Assembly: GCA_963791045.1 (NCBI GenBank)
Contig: CAWBQK010000013.1
Span: 224,001-288,000 of the forward strand
Source: Candidatus Latescibacterota bacterium
GTDB lineage: Bacteria; Krumholzibacteriota; Krumholzibacteriia; WVZY01
DNA length: 64,000 nucleotides
Direction: 5' to 3'
The notes under the pieces were generated by a model. It did no database searches and was not told where the DNA came from. It was given only the letters and a program-made list of their open reading frames with translations. Within the stretch, counting starts at the first letter, position 1. Every line of letters begins with the position of its first letter. Shown here piece by piece: positions 30,259 through 39,938 of this stretch. Both the position numbers and the translations under genes were made by a program.

Positions 30259-30621
30259 AACGGCCGCCTCCGCTTGCCGGACAATCGTGTCGGGTTCGGT
30301 ACAACGGGGAGAGTATAATTCGACCCTGGATCGAAATCGAGAAGGGAAAACGGCCAGACAGCCCACCGCTCTACTTATCGCCCACTCTGCCCATTTCGAG
30401 CGGTGAGCTGCCTGCCTTTTTATCTGGCCGGCCACCCGTGCTGCTCTCTCGAGACCGGGCCGCCGACGAATTCCGGGAGGCCAAATAATCCAACAAATCC
30501 AACGCTATTGATCTGTCGTGGATGTACGAATTTCCTTACGCTTTTTGTCAGATTTGTCCTATTTTGGAGTTGACCTTCCAAGCACAAGGATTCTGAGCGC
30601 ATACGCCATATCTTATTTATT

Positions 30622-32877
30622 ATGATTGAGTTAACAAAGAAATACACCCACTGGCTCCACACGCAATGGCCCGCTGGCCTCGTCGAAAAACTCCCACTGG
30701 CCGGGGATAATGGGGAAACCAATGTTCGTGGAGTCTATGTGGTCGGCGATCTTCGCGGCATCCCTCTCCTCAAGTTTTCGGCGGACAACGGCGCCGCCGC
30801 GGTTCGCCACATCCTGGCCGGCGGCCCAATCGATCGCTCACCCGATGACAGTGGGGTCCTGGACCTCGTGATTGTCGGTGCCGGTGTGTCGGGAATGTCC
30901 GCCGCCCTCGAGGCAAAGAAGGCGGGATTGACGTTCACGATCCTCGAGGCGGCGGAGCCGTTTGCGACGATAGTCAATTTCCCAAAAGGGAAACCAATAT
31001 ACACCTACCCAAAAGACATGACGCCGCGGACGCACCTGCGCGTAACAGCGACCACAAAGGAATCGCTCCTCGAAGAGCTGCGCGAGCAGACGCTCGCTCA
31101 GGGAATCGACCCGGTAATAGCGAACGCCGACCGGGTCGAACAAAAGGGACGGTTCCTCGAGGTCGTCGTTTCGGAAGGTGAAAACCTCATCGCGCGCAGA
31201 GTGATTCTCGCCCTCGGACAAAGCGGCAACTACCGCACTCTCGGAGCCCGGGGCGAAGACCTCGACAAGGTGTACAACCGTCTTCACGACCCAAAGGATT
31301 ACCGTGATAAAAAAGTCATGGTTGTCGGCGGAGGGGATACGGCACTCGAAACCACCGTCGCGCTTGCCGATTGTGGAGCCGAAGTAACGCTGAGTTATCG
31401 TAAAAAAGAATTCTCGAGACCGAAGCCTGAGAATGCGGCGGCTATCGACAAACTCTCCGGCACTTCATTCTCGGGCCTCGGAGAATCGACCACGGGAGAC
31501 ACTCCCGCATCGAGAAAAGTGTCGCTTCTCATGGAATCCCATGTCCGCGAGATTCAAGAAGACGCCGTCGTCATTGACCTTCCGGACGGCCGCTCGGAAA
31601 CCATCAAAAACGACGTCGTGTTCACAATGCTCGGCCGCGAGGCGCCTCTCAACTTCTTCAGGCGTTCACGGATCAGCATTGCGGGCGAGTGGGGTGCGAA
31701 GACATGGATTGCGTTTCTTGGATTTTTCGCGTTTTGTATCGCGCTTTACAATTGGAAATCGGGCGGAGCGCTCGGCGGTTTGTTCTATGCGAGAGGATGG
31801 TTCCCCACCTCGCTTACGACGACATTCGCCGATCTCGCCGCTAATCCGCGGACACTTCTCGGCACGTTGGTCGTATCCGCGGCGGGGCCCGCTTTCTGGT
31901 ACACACTCGCCTACTGCATCATTGTCGTGGGTTTCGGTATTAAACGAATCCGGCGGCGAAAGACGCCGTACGTGACCGTGCAAACCTGGACGCTCATGGT
32001 GATCCAGGTATTCCCGCTATTTCTGCTTCCGGAAATCATTCTGCCGCTTCTGCATCACAACAGTCTCTTGTGGCAGCCGCTCGCGGACGCGCTTTTCCCC
32101 GCGGTGACTTACGGCCACGGCCGCGAATTCTGGCGCGCTTACGGCCTGATCCTCGCCTGGCCGCTGAACGTATACAACGTGTTTACCCACGCACCGATTT
32201 TCTGGTGGCTTGTTATTTCGTTCGTGCAAACGTGTGTCGTGATTCCGGGCCTCATATACTTTTACGGCAAAGGCGCGTACTGCGGTTGGATTTGCTCGTG
32301 CGGCGCTCTTGCCGAAACACTTGGCGATACTCAGCGGCACAAAATGCCACACGGTCCAAAGTGGAATCGTCTCAATATGGTTGGCCAGGGGATACTTCTT
32401 ATTACGGTGCTCATCCTGCTTCTCAGAATTTACGGGTGGATCTTCCCCGTCCAGGGAGTCGAGCGTGTGTTCGAGTTCTCCAAGGACAAATACAAGTGGA
32501 TCGTCGACGTGTTTCTCGCAGGCGCCGTAGGGTACGGGGTCTATTTCTGGTTCAGCGGACGGGTGTGGTGCCGGTTTATGTGCCCGCTGGCCGCTCTGAT
32601 GCACATCTTCACGCGATTCAGCCGCTTCCGAATCCTCGCCGACAAGAAAAAATGCATCTCGTGCAACGTTTGCACTTCCGTTTGCCATCAGGGTATTGAT
32701 ATTATGAACTTTGCCAACAAGGGTCTTCCCATGGAGGATCCAGAATGCGTCCGTTGTTCGGCATGTGTCCAGAGTTGCCCAACCGGGGTATTGACATTCG
32801 GACAGGTTGACAACAACGGTCGCGTGATATCAAAAGACAGGCTCTCTGCCAGCCATGTTCAAATCAAAGAGCATTAG
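30622..32877 (+). CDS. FAD/NAD(P)-dependent oxidoreductase (TrxR/YpdA-like) fused to a multi-TM 4Fe-4S-binding domain
   Basis: GAGVSG (FAD), VGGGDTA..SYR (NADP), CGWICSCG and CRFMCP, ferredoxin motifs CISCNVCTSVC and CVRCSACVQSCP. Confidence 0.85.
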   Translation: MIELTKKYTHWLHTQWPAGLVEKLPLAGDNGETNVRGVYVVGDLRGIPLLKFSADNGAAAVRHILAGGPIDRSPDDSGVLDLVIVGAGVSGMSAALEAKKAGLTFTILEAAEPFATIVNFPKGKPIYTYPKDMTPRTHLRVTATTKESLLEELREQTLAQGIDPVIANADRVEQKGRFLEVVVSEGENLIARRVILALGQSGNYRTLGARGEDLDKVYNRLHDPKDYRDKKVMVVGGGDTALETTVALADCGAEVTLSYRKKEFSRPKPENAAAIDKLSGTSFSGLGESTTGDTPASRKVSLLMESHVREIQEDAVVIDLPDGRSETIKNDVVFTMLGREAPLNFFRRSRISIAGEWGAKTWIAFLGFFAFCIALYNWKSGGALGGLFYARGWFPTSLTTTFADLAANPRTLLGTLVVSAAGPAFWYTLAYCIIVVGFGIKRIRRRKTPYVTVQTWTLMVIQVFPLFLLPEIILPLLHHNSLLWQPLADALFPAVTYGHGREFWRAYGLILAWPLNVYNVFTHAPIFWWLVISFVQTCVVIPGLIYFYGKGAYCGWICSCGALAETLGDTQRHKMPHGPKWNRLNMVGQGILLITVLILLLRIYGWIFPVQGVERVFEFSKDKYKWIVDVFLAGAVGYGVYFWFSGRVWCRFMCPLAALMHIFTRFSRFRILADKKKCISCNVCTSVCHQGIDIMNFANKGLPMEDPECVRCSACVQSCPTGVLTFGQVDNNGRVISKDRLSASHVQIKEH

Positions 32878-32929
32878 TCGATTTGATCATTTTACAAACC
32901 GTAGTCAACTCAAACCAAAGGAGTGCGAA

Positions 32930-33433
32930 ATGCTTTCCAAGAAGATTGAAACAGCTCTCAACAAGCAGATGAATCTCGAGATGTACTCGTCGTATATTTA
33001 TCTTTCTATGGCGGCGTATTTCGACGGATTGAACCTCGAGGGTTTTGCCCACTGGATGAAACTCCAGGCTCAGGAAGAACTCATGCATTCGATCAAAATC
33101 TTCGACCACATTCTCGAGCGTGACGGATCGGTAAAACTCGACGCGATCAAGGCCCCGATCGCCGAGTGGAAATCACCCGTGGCCGCCTGCCAGGCCGCTC
33201 TCAAGCACGAACAGCTCAACACCAAGCAGATTAATGCTCTGATGGACCTCTCCTATGTGGAGAAGGATCACGCGAGCAAGACCTTCTTGCAGTGGTTCGT
33301 CGACGAGCAGGTTGAAGAAGAAGCGAGCGCTTCAGCGCTGGTCGAAAAAGCAAAAATGGTCAAAGATTCGGGCGGCGGTCTCTTCATGCTCGACAAAGCG
33401 CTCGGCGCGCGCCAGCTTACGCCGGAGAAGTAA
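32930..33433 (+). CDS. ftnA: Non-heme ferritin
   Basis: LNKQMNLEMYSSYIYLSMA, QAQEELMH, HE, FLQWFVDEQVEEE ferroxidase residues; AAGGAG RBS. Confidence 0.93.
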   Translation: MLSKKIETALNKQMNLEMYSSYIYLSMAAYFDGLNLEGFAHWMKLQAQEELMHSIKIFDHILERDGSVKLDAIKAPIAEWKSPVAACQAALKHEQLNTKQINALMDLSYVEKDHASKTFLQWFVDEQVEEEASASALVEKAKMVKDSGGGLFMLDKALGARQLTPEK

Positions 33434-33464
33434 CCGTTACGTTTGATACGGGTAATTAGCGAAG

Positions 33465-33503
33465 AACTCCCGCCGTTCGAAAGGACGGCGGGAGTTTTGT
33501 TTT
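33465..33503 (+). terminator. Intrinsic terminator after ferritin
   Basis: AACTCCCGCCGTTC-GAAA-GGACGGCGGGAGTT followed by TTGTTTT. Confidence 0.9.
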
Positions 33504-33533
33504 GCTTTCAAAAAGCACGAGCCGGCGATCGGT

Positions 33534-34778
33534 TTACGGAAGTTCGACTTCCCTCCACTCCCTCTCCACACTGATGTGCAAGAACGAATTCTCGTCACCC
33601 ATCACACCCAACTTGAAATTATGCTCTCCCACGAGATCGGTTCCCCGCTCGAGCATTACCCGGGCGGATGGCGGCGGGCACAGACTGTCGAGTGGACACG
33701 CGAATTTGAACACCAGTTCGTTGTCGATCGCCACCTCGACCCTGTCGATATAAATCGGGTACGGCCCCATCAACATCGGCGGTTCGACCCGGACAAAGTA
33801 CACATAGTCAACCTCCCGAAATGTGGGAGGCGGTGGCGGAATAACGACCATCGTGTCGACACGCGCCCCGTACGGTGACGCCGGCCCAACGGGAATTGGG
33901 CCGAATACGGTCTCATACTGCGGTGGCAGAATCGGCGCGAAAGCAAAATTCGCGTCGAGGAAACTCGAAACCATGCCGTCGGGCCGATCGATCAGCGTGA
34001 CGAGGTAATCGCGTGGATGGACCAGTGTCATCTCCGGGAGCGGGAGAATCGTCACTCGGTAAACCCCCGCGGGAAGACCCTCAAATCCGTATCGGCCTTC
34101 GCGGTTCGTGTCAATCACGCGCGGCCGCGATGGTTCCCCATCCGTCCTTCTGAGCTCAATGGGAACGCCGGGGACACCCGGTTCGCGTCCGGGCTGGTGC
34201 TCACCATCGCGATTGTCATCAACGAAAACCACGCCGCCGATAACTCCTTCGATCGGTTTCTGCCCGACATAGAGCCGGAAGCCGATGGCAAACGGAATCG
34301 GGTGCGGCCAACCGAAACGGACCCTGACGCGTCCGGTGGTCTCGCCCGCCCCGAGCACACCATCATCGCCTATGTCGTCGCTGAAATCAAAAAACGGCAT
34401 CCTGCCATCCGTGAATCCGTCCGGGTTCAGGACGGTGATGGTATTGGGAATCAATTTCGTAATGACAAAATGAATGGGCGGATATACGTCGCGATCGGTC
34501 TTGTTTGCAATGGCGATATCAAACGACACAGAGGAATCCCCTTCGACCGTGAGGTCAAAGACCCACACTTCGAGCGCTCCCCTGAAATCGTGCCCCAGGT
34601 CCACCGTCGACAGGAGAAAGTCGGCGTCTCCCAGCGGATCAATGTCGCCGTTACTGACGAACGCACCGTCATCCCCCGCAGTGTCGGTCGGATCTTCACT
34701 GCACGAAAATAGAATTCCAATTAGAAAAATGGCGAGAATACCGGCGAGCAGATACGCCGAGCGAAAACGGGCTTTCAT
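33534..34778 (-). CDS. Lipoprotein with an SdrD B-like Ig domain
   Basis: Lipobox LFSC; IGGVVFVDDNRDG...EPGVPGV.IEL...T...GRY.F.GL..GVY.V. Confidence 0.75.
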   Translation of the reverse strand: MKARFRSAYLLAGILAIFLIGILFSCSEDPTDTAGDDGAFVSNGDIDPLGDADFLLSTVDLGHDFRGALEVWVFDLTVEGDSSVSFDIAIANKTDRDVYPPIHFVITKLIPNTITVLNPDGFTDGRMPFFDFSDDIGDDGVLGAGETTGRVRVRFGWPHPIPFAIGFRLYVGQKPIEGVIGGVVFVDDNRDGEHQPGREPGVPGVPIELRRTDGEPSRPRVIDTNREGRYGFEGLPAGVYRVTILPLPEMTLVHPRDYLVTLIDRPDGMVSSFLDANFAFAPILPPQYETVFGPIPVGPASPYGARVDTMVVIPPPPPTFREVDYVYFVRVEPPMLMGPYPIYIDRVEVAIDNELVFKFACPLDSLCPPPSARVMLERGTDLVGEHNFKLGVMGDENSFLHISVEREWREVELP

Positions 34779-34822
34779 TGGTGGCACCCCCTGGATTGCG
34801 TTACATGTTGTGAGGTACCTAT

Positions 34823-34851
34823 ATTATACGATCTGGGCGTCCGTATGGCAA
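34823..34851 (-). promoter_or_regulatory. Sigma-70 promoter of the SdrD-B lipoprotein
   Basis: TTGCCA-17 nt-TATAAT; the -35 abuts the tandem repeat. Confidence 0.65.
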
Positions 34852-35048
34852 GCCGAGCGGAGCGAGGTGCGGGGTGTCATGCTCCATGATGTTTCAGTCA
34901 CTTAGATAGTGAGCCGAGCGGAGCGAGGTGCGGGGTGTCATGCTCAGATGTTTCAGTCACTTAGATAGTGAGCCGAGCGGAGCGAGGTGCGGGGTGTCAT
35001 GCTCAGATGTTTCAGTCACTTAGATAGTGAGCCGAGCGGAGCGAGGTG
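34851..35048. repeat. 59-bp direct tandem repeat, about 3.3 copies
   Basis: Unit AGCCGAGCGGAGCGAGGTGCGGGGTGTCATGCTCAGATGTTTCAGTCACTTAGATAGTG starts at 34851 (61-bp variant), 34912, 34971 and partially at 35030. Confidence 0.97.
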
Positions 35049-35358
35049 GTCGTTGGGAACCGTTGTCGCGCTCCAGATCGCCGCGAACAGAAATCGAATC
35101 GATCCAGATCTCGTGACCCGGACTATCACCATTCTGAACTGGTGCAGCTTGCCGACAATACTCGGCAACATTGAACGCGAGAATTTACGCGAGAGCCTTC
35201 GTCTCGACAAGAAAATTAAGAACAGGACAATTCACTTCGTGCTTCCAACCGGGATCGGGGAAGCCGTCGTGGTTGATGATGTATCGGAAGGACAAAACTT
35301 ACGGAGCGGCGCATCCGGGGTTACTGAATCTTTCGAATGTAGTGGGTATAAAACATAA
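35049..35358 (+). pseudogene. aroB: 3'-terminal remnant of 3-dehydroquinate synthase
   Basis: SLGTVVALQIA...LP...LRLDKKIKNRTIHFVLPTGIGEAVVVDDV resembles the AroB C-terminus; the 5' part is absent and replaced by the repeat. Confidence 0.7.
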
Positions 35359-35584
35359 TCGAATCGTTGCTGTCGACACCCTGGGCAACCAATACGATAT
35401 TCTTTGCGGCCTGCGCCCACCCCTGGAAATTCTTTAGCGATCCGTGGTCCGTGGCGTAAACCTTCAGGATTTCCCCGAGGGCCATCTCGGCGATTTCCTC
35501 GCGCGCTTTGACCACAGGCATGGGACATTCCTGCCCTCGAAGGTCTTGGAATCGATCGTATTTGAGGCTGTTCAACTGCTCCAC
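35321..35584 (-). CDS. TusA/SirA family sulfur carrier protein
   Basis: DLRGQECPMPVVKA, GEILKV.ATD.GS..NF..W; GTG start inferred. Confidence 0.75.
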   Translation of the reverse strand: MEQLNSLKYDRFQDLRGQECPMPVVKAREEIAEMALGEILKVYATDHGSLKNFQGWAQAAKNIVLVAQGVDSNDSIMFYTHYIRKIQ

Positions 35585-35842
35585 TTGATAATCCCGATTG
35601 CTGTTTACGTTCAGATGGAGGGGTGGTTCATCCGTCCCGATGAGCCGAAAATCCCATTCCGGATATCCTACCCCAAACGGCCTGGAACAACAAGACCCGT
35701 ATCGCATTGTCATTCCACGGAAAGTCACTATCTGGATCGTCGAGGGTGTCAACCCCGACGATCTTCTATACCCAGCCTCCTGGATGGACTATAATCTAAC
35801 GCTCGATATTAGAACGCGCAATCTGTTTAAGGAGACATTAAC

Positions 35843-36088
35843 ATGAGTGATCGCAAAATCGCCGCCAAAGTTCCCGTTGTTCTAGAGCTCGAACCCGGCA
35901 CCTATTATTGGTGCCGCTGCGGACGCTCCGAAAATCAACCCTATTGTGACGGCGCTCACAAGGGCACAAACCTGACGCCTCTTGAGTTTACCATTGATGA
36001 GAAAAAGAAATACGCGATGTGTCTCTGCAAGCACACGGCGAAGGAACCATTTTGTGACGGCAAGCACAAGATGCTCGACGACGAGTAA
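35843..36088 (+). CDS. CDGSH iron-sulfur domain protein (two motifs, MiNT/CISD3-like)
   Basis: WCRCGRSENQPYCDGAH and CLCKHTAKEPFCDGKH; AAGGAG RBS. Confidence 0.92.
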   Translation: MSDRKIAAKVPVVLELEPGTYYWCRCGRSENQPYCDGAHKGTNLTPLEFTIDEKKKYAMCLCKHTAKEPFCDGKHKMLDDE

Positions 36089-36149
36089 TCCCAGCCCGAA
36101 AACCGCCTGATTCCCGACCGTCAGCGGCGGAACCATGACTCCCAATGAT

Positions 36150-38066
36150 TCATTCGTCGACACATTGACTTTTCGTGGTCACCATGCCGGCCGCCCGATC
36201 GCTCACGTAGAGAAGGGAGCCGTTCGCGGCGACCCCCGTGGCAAACTCGCCGTGCTTCAACGTCCCAACCATGCCGGGATCAAATTCATTGTGGATATCA
36301 ATGACGTGCACCCCCGCATCGTCATCCGCCACGTACGCTATCGATCCAACCACAAAAACAAAATCGGCAAATCCGGGCGTTTCGATCCCGGACACACGAA
36401 CAGGTGCGCCCGGTGTAGATACATCCACGAGGTGAAGACCGGCCGCCCCGGCCGCGACAAGCGCAAGATTCCCGGCGACGGCGATTCCCGCGGCAGTGCC
36501 CGAGAGCGAAAGTGTCGTCACAATTGCGGGATTATCGGGCTCGGCGAGGTCGATGACCATCAACCCGGAAAGACCGTTGGCGACCAGCGCGAACGACCCA
36601 ACCAAAGCCACATCGCGCGCCAAATCTCCAGTCCCCTGGTTTATGACAAACCCCACGGCTCCGCCATCGATCACGCGATAGATGTCGACGCCCGAATAAC
36701 CCTGCACAAGCACAACGAGGCTGTCATTCACGGCGAGTCTGTCCGCCCCGGCATCCAGAAAATCAATAACCTTCGGGTTAAAAGGATCACGCACATTGAT
36801 TCTGCCCACGGCCTGGACCGTTCCCGAGGCCACGTACGCTACTGAGTCATGGACGGCAAGATACCGCGGACTACCGAAGGATGACAGGTTTTCGACGACC
36901 CGCGGTGTCGCCGGGTCGTCGACATTGACAACGTGGATCCCCGCCACTCCATCACACACATATACCGCGTCCCCCACAGGAAACACTCCCATGGCCTCGC
37001 CGGGCGTCGAAAGGACCGAAAGCGTCGGAACCGGATTCGGATTGTTTGCGTCAATAATCAAAAAACCGGCGAGCCCGTTGGCCGCGAAGACATAGCGACC
37101 ACACACGTTGACACCGATCGATTCCCGGGGTGTTTTTACGTTCGTTACTATTTCGGGGCGCAGCGCATTCTGAATTTCAAAAACCAGAATCCCGGCGGCA
37201 CGATCACCGACAAACAAACGATCACCAGACACCTCGACATCCCTCGCTCCACCGGGAGTGACGACGTTTCTCACATGCCTGGGGTCTGTTGGATTGGAAA
37301 CGTCCACAATCTGGATACCCTCCGAGCCGGCGGCGACGTAAATCACCGTTCCCTTCCCCGCTATTCCCTGTGGTTGCCCCGGAATTGGAAATATGGCGAC
37401 GGGATCGTAAATCGACGGAAGGGCAACGGGGATGACGCGAAGACCGAGCGTACCATCGCTGACATATGCGTGGTCGCCCAGCAGCACTACATCATTCGCC
37501 GCACCCGCCGTGTTGTCCCCACCGACAAAGAAAGGATCGCTGGGGTCACTCGTGTTGACCACGCGAAGACCGACATCATCGGTCAAATAGGCAAATGTGT
37601 CGCGGACTGCAACCGACGACGCCTCGCCGGCCGTATCCACGTACCCGACTTCCTCCGGGTGAAGCGGATCCGAAATGTCGACGACACGGAATCCCGCCTC
37701 GCCGGCGGCCACAAAAAGATGGTCGCCGTCAATAACGACATCCAATGCCGACCCGCCCGTTACCACGGTCGTGACGCTTTCGGGGGCCGACGGCTCCGTT
37801 ATGTCGAAAACAAGAACACCGGCGTCGCCATCGGCGACAAAGAGATGAGATCCGGCGCAGGCGGATCGGCGGGTATAACCCGCCGTCTCCGTACCGGACA
37901 CGTGATGGATGTAACCGAAGAAATCAACACACGAGGCGGGCGGTGGTTTCGGCGCCGTCGTGTCGGTTCCGCCGCAGCCATGCAAGAAAACTCCGGGAAT
38001 GGAGCTCAACAAGACGAGCGAGAATATGCGGAGATTTCTGAGAATCAACAGACGCTCACTCGACAA
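36150..38066 (-). CDS. LVIVD-repeat beta-propeller lipoprotein
   Basis: Lipobox-like LHGC; many repeats of type AYVA.G..GL.VID.S.P..P; start codon uncertain. Confidence 0.85.
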   Translation of the reverse strand: MSSERLLILRNLRIFSLVLLSSIPGVFLHGCGGTDTTAPKPPPASCVDFFGYIHHVSGTETAGYTRRSACAGSHLFVADGDAGVLVFDITEPSAPESVTTVVTGGSALDVVIDGDHLFVAAGEAGFRVVDISDPLHPEEVGYVDTAGEASSVAVRDTFAYLTDDVGLRVVNTSDPSDPFFVGGDNTAGAANDVVLLGDHAYVSDGTLGLRVIPVALPSIYDPVAIFPIPGQPQGIAGKGTVIYVAAGSEGIQIVDVSNPTDPRHVRNVVTPGGARDVEVSGDRLFVGDRAAGILVFEIQNALRPEIVTNVKTPRESIGVNVCGRYVFAANGLAGFLIIDANNPNPVPTLSVLSTPGEAMGVFPVGDAVYVCDGVAGIHVVNVDDPATPRVVENLSSFGSPRYLAVHDSVAYVASGTVQAVGRINVRDPFNPKVIDFLDAGADRLAVNDSLVVLVQGYSGVDIYRVIDGGAVGFVINQGTGDLARDVALVGSFALVANGLSGLMVIDLAEPDNPAIVTTLSLSGTAAGIAVAGNLALVAAGAAGLHLVDVSTPGAPVRVSGIETPGFADFVFVVGSIAYVADDDAGVHVIDIHNEFDPGMVGTLKHGEFATGVAANGSLLYVSDRAAGMVTTKSQCVDE

Positions 38067-38136
38067 AGGTGCAAAATCGGTTTCGTCCAGGGAATGATTC
38101 AGGCCCGACTTCGAGTTTTCCGCGATGCGATGGCCG

Positions 38137-38766
38137 CTACGATTTATCCGGCAAGTACGGCTTGACCTTTATGGACAACTTGTCGCCAAGCGTAGTGTAT
38201 TCGCCGCCTGCCAACCGGCCGAGGGGGTTGAGTTTATCGATGTCGATCCGTCCATTGTGATAAAGCTCATCGGCGATGTGAAACAAAACGATTTCACCAA
38301 TAACGAGCGCGCCGCCCCCGGCTCCCGGTTCGCCGATGTGAATGACATCATAGAGTTTGCATTCCATGCTGATGGGGGATTCCCCGACACGAGCTGGTGT
38401 CACAATATCGCTCGCCACCGGTGTCAAGCCGGCGACTTCGAATTCGTCGACCTCCGGCGGAAACTCCGTCGCCGTTTCGTTCATCTGCGAGGCGATATCG
38501 ACGGTAACGATGTTCACGACAAATTCTTTTGTCTCCTCTATGTTCCCAAGCGTATCCTTGCGCTCCCCACCCGGATTCCGCCGTCCCGGGCAAAAACACA
38601 GCGTAGCCGGCTTCGAAGACACGGCGGTGAAGTAGGAAAAAGGCGCCAGGTTTCGTATGCCGGACGGAGACGTGGTGGAGACCAGCGCGATGGGGCGCGG
38701 AACAATACTTCCGACCATTAGCTTGTAGCATTCGCCCGCGGTAGCGTTCTTGGGATCAATAATCAT
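38137..38766 (-). CDS. Flavin reductase-like (DIM6/NTAB) FMN-binding protein
   Basis: IVPRPIALVST, NLAPFSYF, KDT..NIEET.EFVVN, GRLAG. Confidence 0.88.
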   Translation of the reverse strand: MIIDPKNATAGECYKLMVGSIVPRPIALVSTTSPSGIRNLAPFSYFTAVSSKPATLCFCPGRRNPGGERKDTLGNIEETKEFVVNIVTVDIASQMNETATEFPPEVDEFEVAGLTPVASDIVTPARVGESPISMECKLYDVIHIGEPGAGGGALVIGEIVLFHIADELYHNGRIDIDKLNPLGRLAGGEYTTLGDKLSIKVKPYLPDKS

Positions 38767-38772
38767 GGCGTA

Positions 38773-39927
38773 CTATTCCAACCAGCTGTATGGATATTCG
38801 GGGTCGTCCACGGCCAGACTCGCCGCTGCCACGTTGAGCGGGCGGAACGTATCCACCATAACTGCCAATTCATTGGTTTCGGTGGCGCCAAGTGATTTCT
38901 CCATGAGAGCCGGTTGCGGACCATGCGGCAATCCCGCCGGGTGGAACGTGACCGATCCGACCTCGATGCCGCGGCGGCTCATGAATTGACCCTCGGCATA
39001 GTAGAGGATCTCATCGCTGTCCACATTGCTGTGCGCGTACGGGATGGGAATCGCCTTCTCGTGAAAATCGAACGGCCGCGGGACGAACGAACACACGACA
39101 AAACCGGGCGCGTCGAATGTCAAGTGAACCGGCGGCGGCAGGTGAATCTTGCCGACCTTGGGCATGTAGTCGTCTATATTGAATATCCACGGATAGTAGT
39201 AGCCGTCCCATCCGACAAGGTCGAACGGATGGTGCGCCAGATCGTATAGTTGGATTCCTTCCCACAATTTGACTACGATGGGAAACGCGCCCTTTTCATC
39301 GACGGCGTCGACGAATTCCGGCACGCGAAAGTCCCGTTCGCAGTACGGGGCATCTTCGAGAATCTGACCGTGCTTGTTTTTGAATATTTTCGGGACCTGA
39401 ACCGGCCCCCGCGATTCGACCACGAATAGCCGGGTCTCCCCCGCCTCGAACGCGAGCCGATAGGTTACGCCGCGCGGGATGATGATATAGTCGCCCCGGC
39501 AGAACTCGAGACGGCCGTACATGCTTTCCATCACGCCGGCGCCCACATGGACAAAGATCATCTCATCGGCATTGCCGTTCCGGTAAAAAAATTCTCCCCC
39601 ATCGATTGGGCTCGCCGTGTACATCGCCACTTCGTCGTTGAAAACAACGGGTGTTCTTCCGGACACCCAGTTGCCGCGTCCCGGCATATCGAATGTCTTA
39701 AAATGGTGATGCCTGTGGGGCTTATCCCCTGCGGCTTCGATCCGAGCACGTTTGAAGCCGCCCACCTCGCGGATCGCCGTCGGCGGGTGCACATGATAGA
39801 TATTCGAGTAGATATCCGAGAAGCCCTCGCGGCTCACCAGTTCTTCATAGCGTTGGTTTCCCGCCGCGTCCGGGTGCTGTATGTGCCGCTTGGATGGAAT
39901 GTCTCCCCGCTGAACGTAAAAAGGCAT
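38773..39927 (-). CDS. hmgA: Homogentisate 1,2-dioxygenase
   Basis: HPFDLVGWDG, HLPPPVH, PYAHSNVDSDE, HPAGLPHGP, ELAVMVDTF. Confidence 0.93.
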   Translation of the reverse strand: MPFYVQRGDIPSKRHIQHPDAAGNQRYEELVSREGFSDIYSNIYHVHPPTAIREVGGFKRARIEAAGDKPHRHHHFKTFDMPGRGNWVSGRTPVVFNDEVAMYTASPIDGGEFFYRNGNADEMIFVHVGAGVMESMYGRLEFCRGDYIIIPRGVTYRLAFEAGETRLFVVESRGPVQVPKIFKNKHGQILEDAPYCERDFRVPEFVDAVDEKGAFPIVVKLWEGIQLYDLAHHPFDLVGWDGYYYPWIFNIDDYMPKVGKIHLPPPVHLTFDAPGFVVCSFVPRPFDFHEKAIPIPYAHSNVDSDEILYYAEGQFMSRRGIEVGSVTFHPAGLPHGPQPALMEKSLGATETNELAVMVDTFRPLNVAAASLAVDDPEYPYSWLE

Positions 39928-39938
39928 ATCACACTCCT

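Noticed and set aside
34851-35048. CRISPR array
   Set aside because: The sequences between the 19-bp recurring motif are near-identical rather than unique spacers, and no cas genes are present; it is a tandem repeat.
35598-35846. 82-aa ORF between the tusA-like and CDGSH genes
   Set aside because: No recognisable motif or RBS; the region contains a hairpin (GATCGTCG/CGACGATC) and a TATAAT, consistent with an intergenic promoter region.
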